From NCBI RefSeq assembly GCF_001194135.2, contig NC_068986.1:11194455-11258454 (forward strand): DNA of 64,000 bases, read 5' to 3'. Positions 12,931 to 27,101 of this stretch are shown here, piece after piece. Below the pieces are notes generated by a model. It was not told where the DNA came from. It did not search any database and saw only the letters and a list, made by a program, of their open reading frames with translations. Position 1 is the stretch's first letter. Each line of letters begins with the position of its first letter. Made by a program: the position numbers and the translations under genes. Source of the DNA: Octopus bimaculoides. Taxonomy: Eukaryota.

Positions 12931-13224
12931 CAAACTGTAAACTAGGTAACTCATCTTAAAGAAATTACCTTTTGCTAATTGGTAGGTTAATTGAGAAAGT
13001 TACCATTTTAAGGAAACAGTTAATCTATTTTTTTTTTGCAATTTATTTTTTTCACAACAAATTTTGCTATGGCAAAAATGCTTATAATCGAATGTTGAGA
13101 GTGTGTGGCTATTTCAGGAGAGTAGAAGCTGCTATGATAACAATAGAAGCAGTAAAGAGGTGGGTGGTTAGTTGGGGATCGGTGGATGAAGTTCATTGTT
13201 CAGAGAATGCTGAATGAGGTCTGT

Positions 13225-13230
13225 GGTGTT

Positions 13231-13262
<32 letters not shown>

Positions 13263-13560
13263 AGCGCGCATGTGTATGTGTGTGTGCATGTGCACGTGTA
13301 TGTGTGTGCGTGCATGAGTATGTATGTGTATGCACATGCATGTGTGTGTGCATACATGCATGTGTGTGTGCATACATGCATGTGTGTGTGTACAAGTGTG
13401 CGTGCTTGTGTGTGTGCATGAGCACGTGTATGTGTGNNNNNNNNNNTGCGTGCTTGTGTGTGTGCATGAGCACGTGTATGTGTGTGTGCATGTGAATGTG
13501 CGTGTGTATGAACATGCATGTGTGTGTGCATGCATGCACGTGTGTGTGTGTGTGTGTGAG
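13225..13560. repeat. (TG)n/(TGCA)-type compound microsatellite
   Basis: Direct reading, with a 10-N gap inside; a similar (TG)/(TATG) run is at 14705-14890. Confidence 0.9.
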
Positions 13561-14739
13561 TTGTACTACCTTACATATGTCAAATGTCAGTAGTATTTCA
13601 ATGTGTTGGGGAGTGAGTGAAACTGGCAGAATCTCCCTAGATTATTGATTGTGGCTGGACATTAAAGGTCAGATATTAAAAGTGTGTGGCTTAGTGGTTA
13701 AGGGTTTTGGCTCACAATCATAAGGTCTTGAGTTTGATTGCTGTGGAGGCACATTGTGTCCTTGTGCAAGACACTTTATTTCACATTGCTCCAGTCCACT
13801 CAGCTGGTAAAAATGAATTGCATCTATGCCTAAATCTCATTGGGGACTATGTTAAGGGCATGTCTGTCCATGCAGTACTCAACCACTTGTATGTTAATTT
13901 CATGAGTGGGTGGTTCTGTTGATTGGATCAACTGGAACCTCCATCTCCGTAATCGATGGAGCGCCAGTTTAAAAGGACATGTGACCAATGATACAATGGT
14001 TCAACCAGGAATCACATGTATATTGCACATGATTCTCCAAGAGTTTACAACCAATCAACAATGGCTGAATGACAATCCATGCTTCATCATAAGAGAGTGC
14101 CATTTATTTTGGATTGGCAAATAAATTCGTTTGTTTCTTTCCTATGTTTTACTTGTTTTTGTGTTTTTACTTATTTCATGACTGGGGCCATGCAGGGGGC
14201 ACTACCTTCAAGGGATTAGTCAAACATGAAGCCTGGTACTTACTCTATCGATTGCCTTTGCCGAACTTTTAAGTTATAGGAACATAAACACACCAACACT
14301 GGTTGTCAAGCAGTGGGGTGAGGTGGGAGCGACAAAAACAAATAAAAAGACACACACACACACACATACTCTTTCAAACATATACATGATGGGCTTCTTT
14401 CAGTTTCCATCTACCAAATCCACTCACAAGGCTTTGGGCAGCCCAAAGCTATAGTAGAAGACACATGCCCAAAGTGCCAAGCCGTAGGATTGAACCTGGA
14501 ACCATGTGGTTGGGAAGTAAGCTTATTACCACACAGCCACGCCTGCGCCTATGAAAAAAAAAAAAAAATGAATGAATTCATCAGATAATCCATTAGATAA
14601 GGGATTATTACTTCAGATAAGAGGCTCCAAAATATTGACAACGGGATGTCATAAAAGTGCAAAATAAAATGTCATTATGTACAATTTCTTGAGATTCTGC
14701 AAATATGTATGTGTGTGTGTGTGTATTTGTGTTTGTATG

Positions 14740-14774
<35 letters not shown>

Positions 14775-16199
14775 TTGTATGTATGTATGTATGTATGTAT
14801 GTGTGTATGTATATATGTTTGTATGTATGCAGGTATGTATGTTTCTATATATGCATGCATTTATGTATGTATGTAGGTATGTGAATGTGTATGTTAAGGG
14901 TACATGTGTCTGTGGAGTGTTCAGCCACTTGCATGTTAATTTCATGAGCAGGCTGTTCCGTTGATTGGATCAACTGGAATCCTTGTCATCGTAACTGACG
15001 GAGTGCTGCAATGATCTATCTATCTATCTATAAATAAAGAGAGAAATATACTATGATATAATTTATTTTAGCATTGGGTAAATTGTTTTGCAGCTTAATA
15101 AAGGTATATAAATAATTTATTTGATCATATTTGATTATAATTAATAGATTACTTATATGTCTGTATTAATATACTGAGTATGATGGGTAAGTTGTTGCCA
15201 TTTTATATTTTTAAATTTCGTGCATGTGCATTGTTTGTTTTTTGATTTTGTTGACTACACAGTATAGTTGGGGCAGTTGGGCACCATCTTTGAGAAAAAC
15301 AGCACCATGATGCCATTCACTCTGCCAGAAACGGACGTTAAATGATGATGATGATGATAGTACTATATATACTGTGTTTTGTAGAATCATCAATTAAGGA
15401 GCTTTTTTATGAGTACCACTGGATTAGTTATATCCATCCATATATTGGGGGGTTTTTTTCTACTCTAGGCACAAGGCCCGAAATTTTGAGGGAGGGGCCA
15501 TGGAAGTTTATACCATGCTTTCACAATTCTGAGCATGGAAAAAAAAAATGTTTCCGAAAGTCATGGGTGCGGCATTGTTTTGTAATTTTATAAACGTCTA
15601 GGAATGGTAAAGATATTGAATTCAAGACGGCGACTGAAGCTGTTGTTGGAACGTGGACGCTATCAAACTGCTTACTGGATCCTTAGCGAAGTACAAAGAG
15701 GAAGTGAAACAATTTTAGTTTGTCTATCAGAAGAACAAAAATAATTTTCCAAGGAGAGATTGGAAATGAATTTAATAATTGAAGTTTAGTGTTGCTAATA
15801 ATGGGAATATGTGCATAATGGCAGCGAGATCCCTTATTGCGAAGTAATTTCACAGGCCTTTACATTCGTCATATTTTATATATGGCTATCAGTACTCGGA
15901 TTTTGAGAACCATAGAAAAAGGTGGGGAAAAAAATTGCTTTACGATTATGTCCCTTGGAATGAAAGCAGGGAGTTATTTCCCCTGCGTCGATAACGCCAT
16001 CGGAGAAATTTCCTTTTAACAAGGGAAAATACTTTCGCTAAAATTTGTGACACGCTTATCTCATATGAAGCAATATTAAGTTTTAACAATATGTCACACA
16101 TTTTAGGAGACGGTTCACATGAATAAATCAATCCTTTGCTGGTAATTAATTTAGCGATCTCGGTAAGAACTAAATAAAATGGTTAACTCCTGCAGAAAT

Positions 16200-16475
16200 T
16201 GAACTCACAACAAAGCGTGTGATAAGGTGTTTTATGCACCAAGATATTGCTAGCGGTCACTCAACCGATTCTGTCATCATCAACATCACAGAACGCAATT
16301 CATCCAACGGGCTCAAGACATAATCGATGATGTTCCTGGAAATTGAATGAGGGTCATGATCAAAGAACTTCGGGTGTCGGAGTGGACTATTAGAACCATG
16401 GTGCACTCAGACATTCGATACAAGTCGTATGTAATGAGGAGAGGCCCGCTCGTATCTGGAAAAACACAGGCAGGC
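16200..16475 (+). mobile_element. Tc1/mariner (maT/DD37D-like) transposase N-terminal HTH relic
   Basis: FIQRAQDIIDD...KELRVSEWTIRTMVHSDIRYKSYVMRRG, typical of this family's DNA-binding region. Confidence 0.7.
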
Positions 16476-17299
16476 GGTTATTTAGCAAATGTTAAAAATA
16501 CGTCGTCAATTATATGCTTATACTTACCTCTTATTATTAATATAAAACACAAACAAAATCTAAACAATTGTTTATTGAAATAGTAACAATAAATGCTATT
16601 ATCTTGTGTGTGTGTGTGCACTTACATACACACACGTTTGTATATGTATTGTGTAATGAGCTTATTGTCTAAATTGCTCAGATACAGTACAACTCTGTGT
16701 GAGTCTGTTTTCTTGCAACACCACACATACAACAGATTGGTGACCCCCCTTGCGTTTTGTTTCCTCACAGCTCTTTTGAAGAATGCAATTTTGGATGAAA
16801 TTTTGCAGAGTACATTTTTGAGAAAGTAGATTACAATTATGGAGATAACTGGGGAAAAAAATTGTGGGTCATCTCCAAACTTCATTTCCTCATAACTCTC
16901 TTTAAAATGCATATTCCCGATGACATTCAACAGAGATAGTTTTGCAAGAGTGCGGATTACGTGGTGTTGATGTTTCAAACATGTAAATCAGACCACCCCG
17001 CCCCGCAAAAAAAGCGGGGGTGAAGAAAAGAAAATGGAAAGTGCTAATTGCCCTCAAATTTTTTTTTCATTAATTTTATCAACATAGTTATTCTCTACAC
17101 CCTCGAAAACTCATCTCTGCAAAACTATATTTCAACATTTGCAGTTTTCAGAAGAAGCAAAGTCTGTGGAGTACGGTCTATGTCGGGTGTTTGAAAAAAT
17201 TGAAAATTATTTGTCGGCAATTCTAATACCACATATTTAGGTTTTGTTTTCATTTTAATGGAAAGGAAACATCAATGACATTATCTAGAGCTTTTGTCT

Positions 17300-18200
17300 A
17301 AGTCCAGTATTTCTGAAGTAGAAGTGACAGAAAGTTGTATTCCTTGTGTATTTTCTCGAGTGAATCTGCATTGCAAATCGAGTGAATAACTTCGATTGGA
17401 CATCGAAACTATTTTTTGCCTTCTCATCAGTATGACCCTTGTCAGCCACTCACCAGTTTTCTATTCAAAGCTGTATATGGCTGTGGTACGTTCACACTTC
17501 ATCTTCAGTCAGGAAGATTAACCTTATCCAGAATATTGATCTATTAGAAGCTATCCCAAGACATGTAACCAGATGAATCAGTCACCCTGTCTTGAACATC
17601 TTGCTTCTCAGAGCATTGACATTCTGAAGTTTCCACATCTACCAGATGACATAGTAGAATTCCACAAGATTATCCACCATCTTTCCAACATCATTTTGGC
17701 CACCTTTTCCCATTCAATACCTCTGCTAATCCTAAGCATGCTTATAAAAGCAAAAAAAAAAAGTGCAGCATGCATGAATTCCCCTAAGTGCAGGAATGAA
17801 ATTTATTTGGAGTTGGAGAGATGCAAACACAGTTTTTCAAGATGTTCAAAGCGTTTTCAATGCCCCTGCCCAATGTTAGGAGGTGTGCACTCCTCTGTTC
17901 CCGAGCCTACATGAATTTTGGAAGCATTTTTTCACATTCAGAATTGTCGAAGCATAGAGTAAACTATCCGCATCAAATGCTAGCTGTCAGATCATTGCAT
18001 CTTTCTGATATTCCATCCTTCCCGAAATTCACCTGACGTACCACACGTTTTTCTTGGTGACTCCTTTTGTACTGTGCATGTACTTCTAGCTTTCATTGTT
18101 GTCTTTCTTTACTCGACTTATATATGGCTGCTTTCTGTCTCCTCTTTTCCGATCAGTTGTAGTGCACCAGAGCTTTGTATACAATATGCTTGTTTATTAT
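17300..18200 (+). mobile_element. CR1-type LINE 3' portion (degenerate)
   Basis: KLYMAVVRSH, NIDLLEAI, HAYK and KHFFT..VE-like motifs; the 3' UTR is shared with the 9095-9477 copy. Confidence 0.7.
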
Positions 18201-19157
18201 CATAAAATCAAATACGTATTAACAAATGCCAGATAAAACGATCCAAGGTACATAACCTTGAATGAAAAATTTTCGAATTATCTCCCTTGGAACGCCTTTG
18301 TACTCGTAACGCTTTTCGTTTTTATTGTGTTTGCCGCATTCGTACACATTTCCTCAGTTTTAATTTAATTTTCAAAATAATCAAAATTTGTTCTGCTAGC
18401 CTTCTTTGATCACATTTGTTGCAATAAAACTGTCTTCCTTTGCCTTAATCTTCAGAATATTTTTGTAATCATACGCCGTGTCCTCCGAATTTTAATTTCC
18501 TAAATCAAAAATAAGTACTTTTGTGCGTGTATTTTGACTAGAATATCTTCTTGCTTTGTGCTTTCATTTTTCAAAAAGATTTACAAGAATAAATTTTCAC
18601 TATTATTATGAATTCCTTAAGCGAATAACTTTCACGATTAACAAGCTGCTACTAGAATCATAATTCTTCATAATTTTTAACAAAAGTCAGTTATAGGAAA
18701 TTTTACAACTATGGTGATAGAAAAAAAAAATGATTCAAGTAAATAATGTCATTAATAATGTGATTAAAACAAATATTAATGCAAACGCAACTGAAACAGC
18801 ATTAAATTCAAAATTGCTATCTACACCACTGAAAGGCATGATGCTGTGGCTTTTGTCTATGAGAAAATCTCTTCATGGACATGTTATGGTTTTTGAGTGA
18901 ATACCTCTTCATAGACACAGTGTGTTAAAAACACAGTGTGTATATCAGAGTGAGACAAATATTGTCTTAACAATGATTCACCAGATGCATTTTGGCTTAC
19001 TTGGACCTTGCGAATGCCATGTTCCTGTTTGTCACTTGCTTAACAATGCTATCATAACTGTATATTAATGCCTCACGCTTCGAGGGACTAAATAAGTCAA
19101 AAACTACCAAAAGAATAAGCAACATATTTACTGAAAGCGAGGGAATGCTTAAAAACA

Positions 19158-19321
19158 TTTAACTCAACGGTAGACCACTGGCTTCTCAATCAAATACAGA
19201 AAAAACTGTGAAGTAACCTGTATTCTTTTGTTCATCAGTACTGATGAACAAAAGAATACAGGTTACTTCACAGTTTTTTCTGTATTTGATTGAGAAGCCA
19301 GTGGTCTACCGTTGAGTTAAA
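19158..19321. repeat. Perfect 164-bp spacerless palindrome abutting an N gap
   Basis: 82-bp arms centred on AGT|ACT (19239/19240); the right arm ends at the gap. Confidence 0.9.
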
Positions 19322-20299
19322 NNNNNNNNNNNNNNNNNNNNNNNNNNNNNNNNNNNNNNNNNNNNNNNNNNNNNNNNNNNNNNNNNNNNNNNNNNNNNNN
19401 NNNNNNNNNNNNNNNNNNNNNNNNNNNNNNNNNNNNNNNNNNNNNNNNNNNNNNNNNNNNNNNNNNNNNNNNNNNNNNNNNNNNNNNNNNNNNNNNNNNN
19501 NNNNNNNNNNNNNNNNNNNNNNNNNNNNNNNNNNNNNNNNNNNNNNNNNNNNNNNNNNNNNNNNNNNNNNNNNNNNNNNNNNNNNNNNNNNNNNNNNNNN
19601 NNNNNNNNNNNNNNNNNNNNNNNNNNNNNNNNNNNNNNNNNNNNNNNNNNNNNNNNNNNNNNNNNNNNNNNNNNNNNNNNNNNNNNNNNNNNNNNNNNNN
19701 NNNNNNNNNNNNNNNNNNNNNNNNNNNNNNNNNNNNNNNNNNNNNNNNNNNNNNNNNNNNNNNNNNNNNNNNNNNNNNNNNNNNNNNNNNNNNNNNNNNN
19801 NNNNNNNNNNNNNNNNNNNNNNNNNNNNNNNNNNNNNNNNNNNNNNNNNNNNNNNNNNNNNNNNNNNNNNNNNNNNNNNNNNNNNNNNNNNNNNNNNNNN
19901 NNNNNNNNNNNNNNNNNNNNNNNNNNNNNNNNNNNNNNNNNNNNNNNNNNNNNNNNNNNNNNNNNNNNNNNNNNNNNNNNNNNNNNNNNNNNNNNNNNNN
20001 NNNNNNNNNNNNNNNNNNNNNNNNNNNNNNNNNNNNNNNNNNNNNNNNNNNNNNNNNNNNNNNNNNNNNNNNNNNNNNNNNNNNNNNNNNNNNNNNNNNN
20101 NNNNNNNNNNNNNNNNNNNNNNNNNNNNNNNNNNNNNNNNNNNNNNNNNNNNNNNNNNNNNNNNNNNNNNNNNNNNNNNNNNNNNNNNNNNNNNNNNNNN
20201 NNNNNNNNNNNNNNNNNNNNNNNNNNNNNNNNNNNNNNNNNNNNNNNNNNNNNNNNNNNNNNNNNNNNNNNNNNNNNNNNNNNNNNNNNNNNNNNNNNN
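19322..20299. other. Assembly gap
   Basis: Run of N. Confidence 1.
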
Positions 20300-20398
20300 T
20301 GGTGTTGCCATCCGGTTTCACCAGTCCTCAGTCAAATCGTCCAACCCATGCTAGCATGGAAAGCGGACGTTAAACGATGATGATGATGATGATGATGA

Positions 20399-20437
<39 letters not shown>

Positions 20438-20924
20438 TAATAATAATAATAAATGGAGCAAAACACATATAAACAAAAGTTCCTTTAATTCCTACATATG
20501 TTTCAAAATACATGTGCCATCTACTCCAAAGAAATAAGAGGTGCTGGAATTGCACATATATTCCTCGTCAGGGAACCAACATACAAAAGCAAGACATATG
20601 CAAAATGATATGGTTACGTACGAGTTATACTATTATATGGCTAAGTAAGTGACCGTTAGAAACAAGAACGCTGGTTTACATAGAGTTATTACGGGAGAAA
20701 GGCTGTAAACGCTATACTAAAGGTTTAAATTAAATAATTAAAATAGGGGAAGGCAAAATGGATCACAGTAAAATTAGTAAATAAAAGCTCGGGAGAAGTT
20801 GTAAGCTATAAGCTAAACAAGAGGTAGAGGAAGAGAGAGAATCCAAAGAATTCATTGTATATAATAATAACATACTGATTTGAAGTGAAGAATGTATTCT
20901 TCACTTCAAATCAGTATGTTATTA

Positions 20925-21975
20925 TTTTGTTCTCACATGGCTTGCAGGGTCTTCTCTCGCACAGCATATTTCCAAAGGTCTCGGTCAGAAGTCATTTCCT
21001 CGGTGAGGCCCAATGTTCAGAGGTCGTGCTTCACCACTTTATCCCAGGTCTTCCTGGGTCTGCTTCTTCCACGGGTTCCCTCAACCGCTAGGGTGTGGCA
21101 TTTTTTCACACAGCTATCCTCATCCATTCTCGCCACATGTCCATACCAGCGCAATCGTCTCTCTTGCACACCACACCTGATGCTTCTTAGGTCCAACTTT
21201 TCTCTGAAGATACTTACACTCTGTCGGGTATGCACACTGACATTACTCATCCAGCAGAGCATACTGGCTTCATTCCTCGCAAGATTACGCATGTCCTCAT
21301 CAGTCACGGCCCATGTTTCACTGCCATGTAGCATGGCAGTTCGTACACAAGCGTCATACAGTCTGCCTTTTACTCTGAGTGAGAGGCCCTTTGTCGCCAG
21401 CAGAGGTAAGAGCTCTCTGAACTTTGCCCAGGCTATTCTCATTCTAGCAGATACCCTTTCAGTGCACCCTCCCCAACTACTAACTTTGTCACTNNNNNNN
21501 NNNCTCCCTGGAATGTGACAGAAGTTGTTTTCTGCACATTTTCAGTGTTTGTTGTACCTGAACATCTGCCACATACAAAAACTAACTTCCTAGTTAACCT
21601 GCCTTTGATATTGCTGCACCTCTTGTGTCCATAGCTTGCACTGGGTACATCTTATAGAGTTACTACCTACTCCTTTTCTACAGATCGAGCAGGGCCATCT
21701 ACCTGAAGGGGATTGTGTTTTGTCTACCTTCCTACTTATTAGGACCTTGGTTTTAGCTAGGTTGACTCTAAGGCCATTTGATTCTAGTTCTTGCTTCCAC
21801 ACCTGAAACTTCTCCTCTAGTTCTGATAGTGACTCAGCAATTAGTGCAAGGTCATCAGCATAGAGGAGCTCCCAGAGGCATCCTGTCTTGAATTCCTCCG
21901 TTATTGCCTGGAGGACTATGATAAATAGGAGGGGGCTGAGGACAGAACCTTGGTGGACCCTACCTCTACCCGGAA
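20925..21975 (-). mobile_element. RTE-clade LINE, RT C-terminal half (degenerate)
   Basis: ELLYADDLALIA (RT YADD motif), WPCSICRKGVGSNSIRCTQC zinc finger, and YDACVRTAMLHGSETW / RRLRWYGHVARM / GRSRPRKTW motifs. Confidence 0.92.
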
Positions 21976-22130
21976 TTCTTCACTGTACTCATTGCCAACC
22001 TTCATATGCACTCACACACAAACTCACAAACACACACACACATAAATACACACACACATGCACTCTCTCTCACACTCACACAGAAAGTCAGAAACACACA
22101 CACACACACTCACAAACACACAGATACACG

Positions 22131-22177
<47 letters not shown>

Positions 22178-23519
22178 TTAATAAGTGAATCCAACTTCAA
22201 TGTTGTTTTTACGACAGATTCTTGGAAGTTTGGCAAATGGTACCAGTGTCTTAATGTAGCTAAACTTTTGTTTTTTTGTTTCCAGTTACCACTATGGTTG
22301 GCTTATGCACATTGTGTGTTCACTGCTGAAACATTTATAAGGAATGGTGAAACCTCCACTACTCCTGTCTTTGTAACTTAAAAAAGATTATTTTTGAAAA
22401 TTACTTTTAAGGATCAGTGATTAAGATTTAATAAAAGTGAATCCAACGGGTTTAGTCCCATTGCGTGGCACCATGGACAAGTGTCTTTTACAATAGCACT
22501 GGGCCGACCAAAGCTTTGGGAGTGGATTTGGTAGACAGAAACTGAAGGAAGCCCTTCATGTGTGTGTGTGTGTGTGTTTTGCAGCCTTAGCAGTGCTCTA
22601 CCATCCAATTTAGATTCTCATTCTCAAACCTTGAGAGTATGCCCTGGCGCATAACTATCATCTTTCCCGCTCTCTTGTTCTCTCTCATTCTTGAGCACTC
22701 TCTCATTCTTGAGCACTCTCTCCCTCCCTCTCTCCCTCTGATTGAGGTAACCATGTTTGTCCTCTACAGCTTCTATCCCTCTCTCATATTCTGATCTCTC
22801 ATTGTCTGGCACAAATCCACCTCCTCGAGTATGGCCCACTTTAAAAGGATCTTTGTCTTGCAAGTTATTTGGTGACCTTGCCAGTGCTGGTGCCATGTGA
22901 AAAGCACCGGGCCCACACTGCAAAGTGGTTGGCATTCGGAAGAGCATTCAGCTGTAAAAACCATACCAAAACAGCCCTCGACAGTGCAGGTGCCATGTAA
23001 AAAGCACCCAATACACTTTGTAAAGTGGTTTTCATTAAGAAGGGCATCGAGCAATAAAAACTGACAAAGGAGAACAACATGCCAAAATAGATAATGGAAG
23101 CTTGGTGTAGCTCTCTGGCTTGCCAGCTGTGGTCAAGCCATCCACTTCATGCCAGCATCATAACCCATCACTGTTTGACAAGTGTTGGTTTGTTTACATG
23201 TCTGTGACTTAACATTTTGGCATAAGTGATTGATAGAAGTACCAGACTTAACAAAAAAAAAGAAGAAAAAGTACAGGGGTGAGTTTGTTTGATTAAACTG
23301 TTCAAGGTGGTGCTCCAGCATGGCTGCAGTTCTCAAAGAAGTAAAAGATAAAAGATTATATTAATTTTTACAATTTTTTTACAATCCCTTCTTTTCCATT
23401 CCCCGTTTATAAAACTTGTTATAAATTTTCCTCTTTAACTTTTTTGAAATATTTTTTTCTGAATTTTATGTTTGAAACTTAAGAGCTTACAACAATAACA
23501 TAAAAAAAAACATAAAATA

Positions 23520-23875
23520 AAGTAGCTTGCTTACCAACTACTTGGTTCTGGGTTCAGTCCCCCTGCGTGTCACCTTGGGCAAGTGTCTTCTACTATAGCC
23601 TTGGGCCGACCAAAGCCTTGTGAGTGGATTTGGTAGATGGAAACTGAAAGAAGCCTGTTGTATGTGTGTGTCTGAGCTTGTTCCCCCCAACATCGCTTGA
23701 CAACCGATGCTGGTGTGTTTACATCCCCGTAACTTAGCGATTCGGCAAAACAGACTGATAGAATAAGTACTAGGCTTACAAAGAATAAGTCCTGGGGTCG
23801 ATATGCTCGACTAAAGGCGGTGCTCCAGCATGGCCACAGTCAAATGACTGAAACAAGTAAAAGAGTAAAAGAGTA
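23520..23875 (+). mobile_element. tRNA-derived SINE family A (representative copy)
   Basis: tRNA-like head (GGTTCAGTCCC), core CCTTGGGCAAGTGTCTTCTACTATAGCC...GAAACTGAAAGAAGCC, internal TG/TA microsatellite and GACTGAAACAAGTAAAAGA tail. Other copies at about 14180-14535(-), 23950-24260(-), 29610-29960(+), 36786-37190(+), 37455-37800(-), 49478-49745(+), 53805-53960(+), 55495-55820(+), 59080-59515(+), 63170-63412(-). Confidence 0.8.
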
Positions 23876-24384
23876 TTATGAAACTCCACTGTCTTTGGAA
23901 TATTTTGCATTTAATGTGTCCTGTTGTTAGTTTTACATGTCTTTTATCTTTTTTAGACTGCGGCCATGCTGGAGCACCGCTTTGAAGAATGAGTAGACTA
24001 CATTACCGTTTATTAAAGCCAGGTACTTATTTTATTGGTCTCTCTTGTCAAACTTCTAAGTTATGGGGACGTAAACACACCAACACCGGTTGTCAAGTGG
24101 TGGTGGAAGATAAACGCAGAAGTAAAGACACATACATACATAGAGCTTTTTTCAGTTTCCGTCTACCAAATCCACTTGTCCAAGGAGCCACACAGTAGGA
24201 CTGAACCTGGAACCATGTGGTTGAGACAGAAGCTTATAACCATAGGGCCATGTCTGTGCCATAAAATGTATATATAAAGAATAAGAATATCAAGAATTTC
24301 AGTTGTATATTGACTTAATTATTTGTAAGCTAATGTTTAAATATATCTTGTAAATTAAGATTGAAAGTCACATGTCATTTTAAA

Positions 24385-25226
24385 GTGAGGGAGAGGAGGC
24401 AGAGGGAGGAGAGAGGAAGAGAGAGGGAGGAAACTGGGAAGGACAGGGAGGGAGGGAGAGAGAGAGAGAGAGAAGAATAGAGAGAAGGAGGAGAGAGTGA
24501 AGGGAGGACAGAATGGAGAGAGGGGGGAAAGGGAGTGGGGGAGGAAAGGGGAAAGAGAGCAGGAAGGAGGGAGAAATAGGAAAGGAGGGGAATAAAGAGA
24601 GGGAGGAGACAGTGAAGGTAGGACAGAGTTGAAAGGGGGGGTGGAGAGGGAGAGAGGAGAAGAGAGAAGTAGAGAGAAAGGTAGAGAGAGAATTGAAAAG
24701 AATGACGATCCCAATTCTATTGGATGACTTTATAGCTTAAAACGAATGAAACTAAAATTTTCATTTCTAAGAATTATTCCTTTCAATAGACCCAAATTCC
24801 ATTTTCTGTTTTGTGTCCTTTTCTGTTCGTTTTTTTCCCCCCTTTTTCTGGATGTCTCCGTCTCTTTCTATGCCTCTCTTTGTTAATATTAGCAAACTGC
24901 TCTGCTATCTCTTAACACTCGTCTTGCCCTTTCTTCACAGACACACAATTGAGACTAGTTTGGTGCTGTAGTAACAAATCAACTACTAAAACAAATTGTC
25001 CCTAGATCGAATCCTCCTCTAGCAATAAAAATAAGATACACGTTTTCCTTTACAATTTTCTCTCACCCCTTTCTTGGCCTGGCATCCCTACTTTTACATT
25101 TCTTGCCTTGACAGCTCTCTCTCTCTTATATACCTATATAGACATTTTTACAAACAACGTTTTTCTAACAGACACTTTCTCCATGTAAATCCCTTTACTT
25201 CTCTCTCTTTTTATTAATCTCCATCC

Positions 25227-25276
<50 letters not shown>

Positions 25277-25277
25277 G

Positions 25278-25357
<80 letters not shown>

Positions 25358-25721
25358 GTTATCTATCTATCTATCTGTCTATTTTCAATCTCCTATACTT
25401 CCATCTTGCTTTGTCTTTCTCCCCCGTCGCCTCTCTCTGTGCCATTATCTCTCTATCGTATATATTTCTGTTATGTGCTTTCGTTTCCATAATCCAATCC
25501 ATCTCTTTCTCGTCGACTCCCTTCCTCTCTCTCATTGAACTGCTTCCTCTCTCTCTCTCTCTCTCTTTAATATCATTCTTCCAGACGTTTATATCAAGTT
25601 TTCTAATTTGTTCCTCCCTTCACTCTCCCATTCTTTCACTACTCATCTTTTAACTCTTTCTCTCATTCTTTCCTCTCCTCTTTTTTTGATTATTAGTATT
25701 CTCTTTCTCTATTTCCCCACG

Positions 25722-25752
<31 letters not shown>

Positions 25753-25758
25753 GCCTGC

Positions 25759-25819
<61 letters not shown>

Positions 25820-27061
25820 CTTACATATTTATATCTATTCATTTACCCATCACCATATCTCTGTCTCTCTTCTGTGACTCAAATCCCTTTACTTCTCTAT
25901 TTCCTTTTCTATATTGTGGGTTCACCCTTCCCTTTCTCCACCTGTTTTCTCTCTATGTATATATGTATATATATTTATTTCGTTAACTCTCCCGCTCTGT
26001 GATCAAGGGCAGAGAACTTTTACACACGCACACAAATAGAGATAGAGAGGTAGATAGATAGATAGATAGATCGTATTTCCCTTCTATACTAAACTCTTTC
26101 TCAACTGTCCAGCAATTACCAGGTAACTTTATAAAAACAAACCATTTCTTACATATCTGCACAAATATCCTCAACAATATGTCTATATATATTTTATATT
26201 ACTCTCAGCTTTAGCTCTCCCTCACTCTACATAGCTATCTATCTTAATATATATATGGGAGAATATACAAATAATAACAACAGACGAGGACAGGTGGTGT
26301 AAATAACAAAAGTATATATTAAGACACACATATCTATCTATCTATCTATCTATCTATATATATATATATATATATAGATATCATTTCTGAGCCATTGAAC
26401 GACGGACAGAGGGGAGACTATCTCTTCTCTCCAGATGGCGCTCGCTCTTGTTCCCTCCCTCTTTACCTCTGCCTTTCTTTGTCGTCCTCTCTCTCTAGCT
26501 GGCGCTCTCCCTTTCTCCCTCTCTTTTCTCCCTCCTTCCTTTTTCTTCTCCCTCTCTATCACGTTTCCCTCCTCACTCACTTCCTATCTCCCTTTATCTC
26601 TCCCTCTCTCTGTTTGTCTCTCTTTCTCTCTCTCTTTGCCTCTCTCTTTCTACCATTGAACTCTTTTATTCGTCTTGCAGCAACATTTCCAGTTCGCCCT
26701 TCACGGAAGGGACTGAACGACGAAGAAGAATAAAGGAAAATATATCCTCATAATACATCCGTAATCAAAACAAACACGAAGACCCGAGCGAGAAAGGAAG
26801 GTGAGACCCAAGCACCAAATACAATGTGAGATACAATAACATACCATGTTCAAACAGTTTCTTTTTCTGTCATTGCTTGGTCATGTAAAACAGACACGAG
26901 TCGAAAACCTTTACCAACATTAGTAGACAGTCTATGCACACACACACACATATATATATGTACACACACACACACATATATATGTGACAGCAATGTATTG
27001 TATATAATGTATGTTATGTATATATATTGTACGTTGTAATGTGGTTCATGTGTGATATGCA

Positions 27062-27101
<40 letters not shown>

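Noticed and set aside
13168-14964. HT/CV-repeat ORFs (also at 22000-22200, 25275-27370, 51450 and 63140-63400)
   Set aside because: They come from dinucleotide/tetranucleotide repeats and have no coding signature.
23790-23870. CAGTC-AAAT-GACTG-AAAC hairpin in SINE A tails resembling hammerhead stem II plus GAAA
   Set aside because: There is no upstream CUGANGA; it is better explained as a LINE-derived 3' stem-loop.
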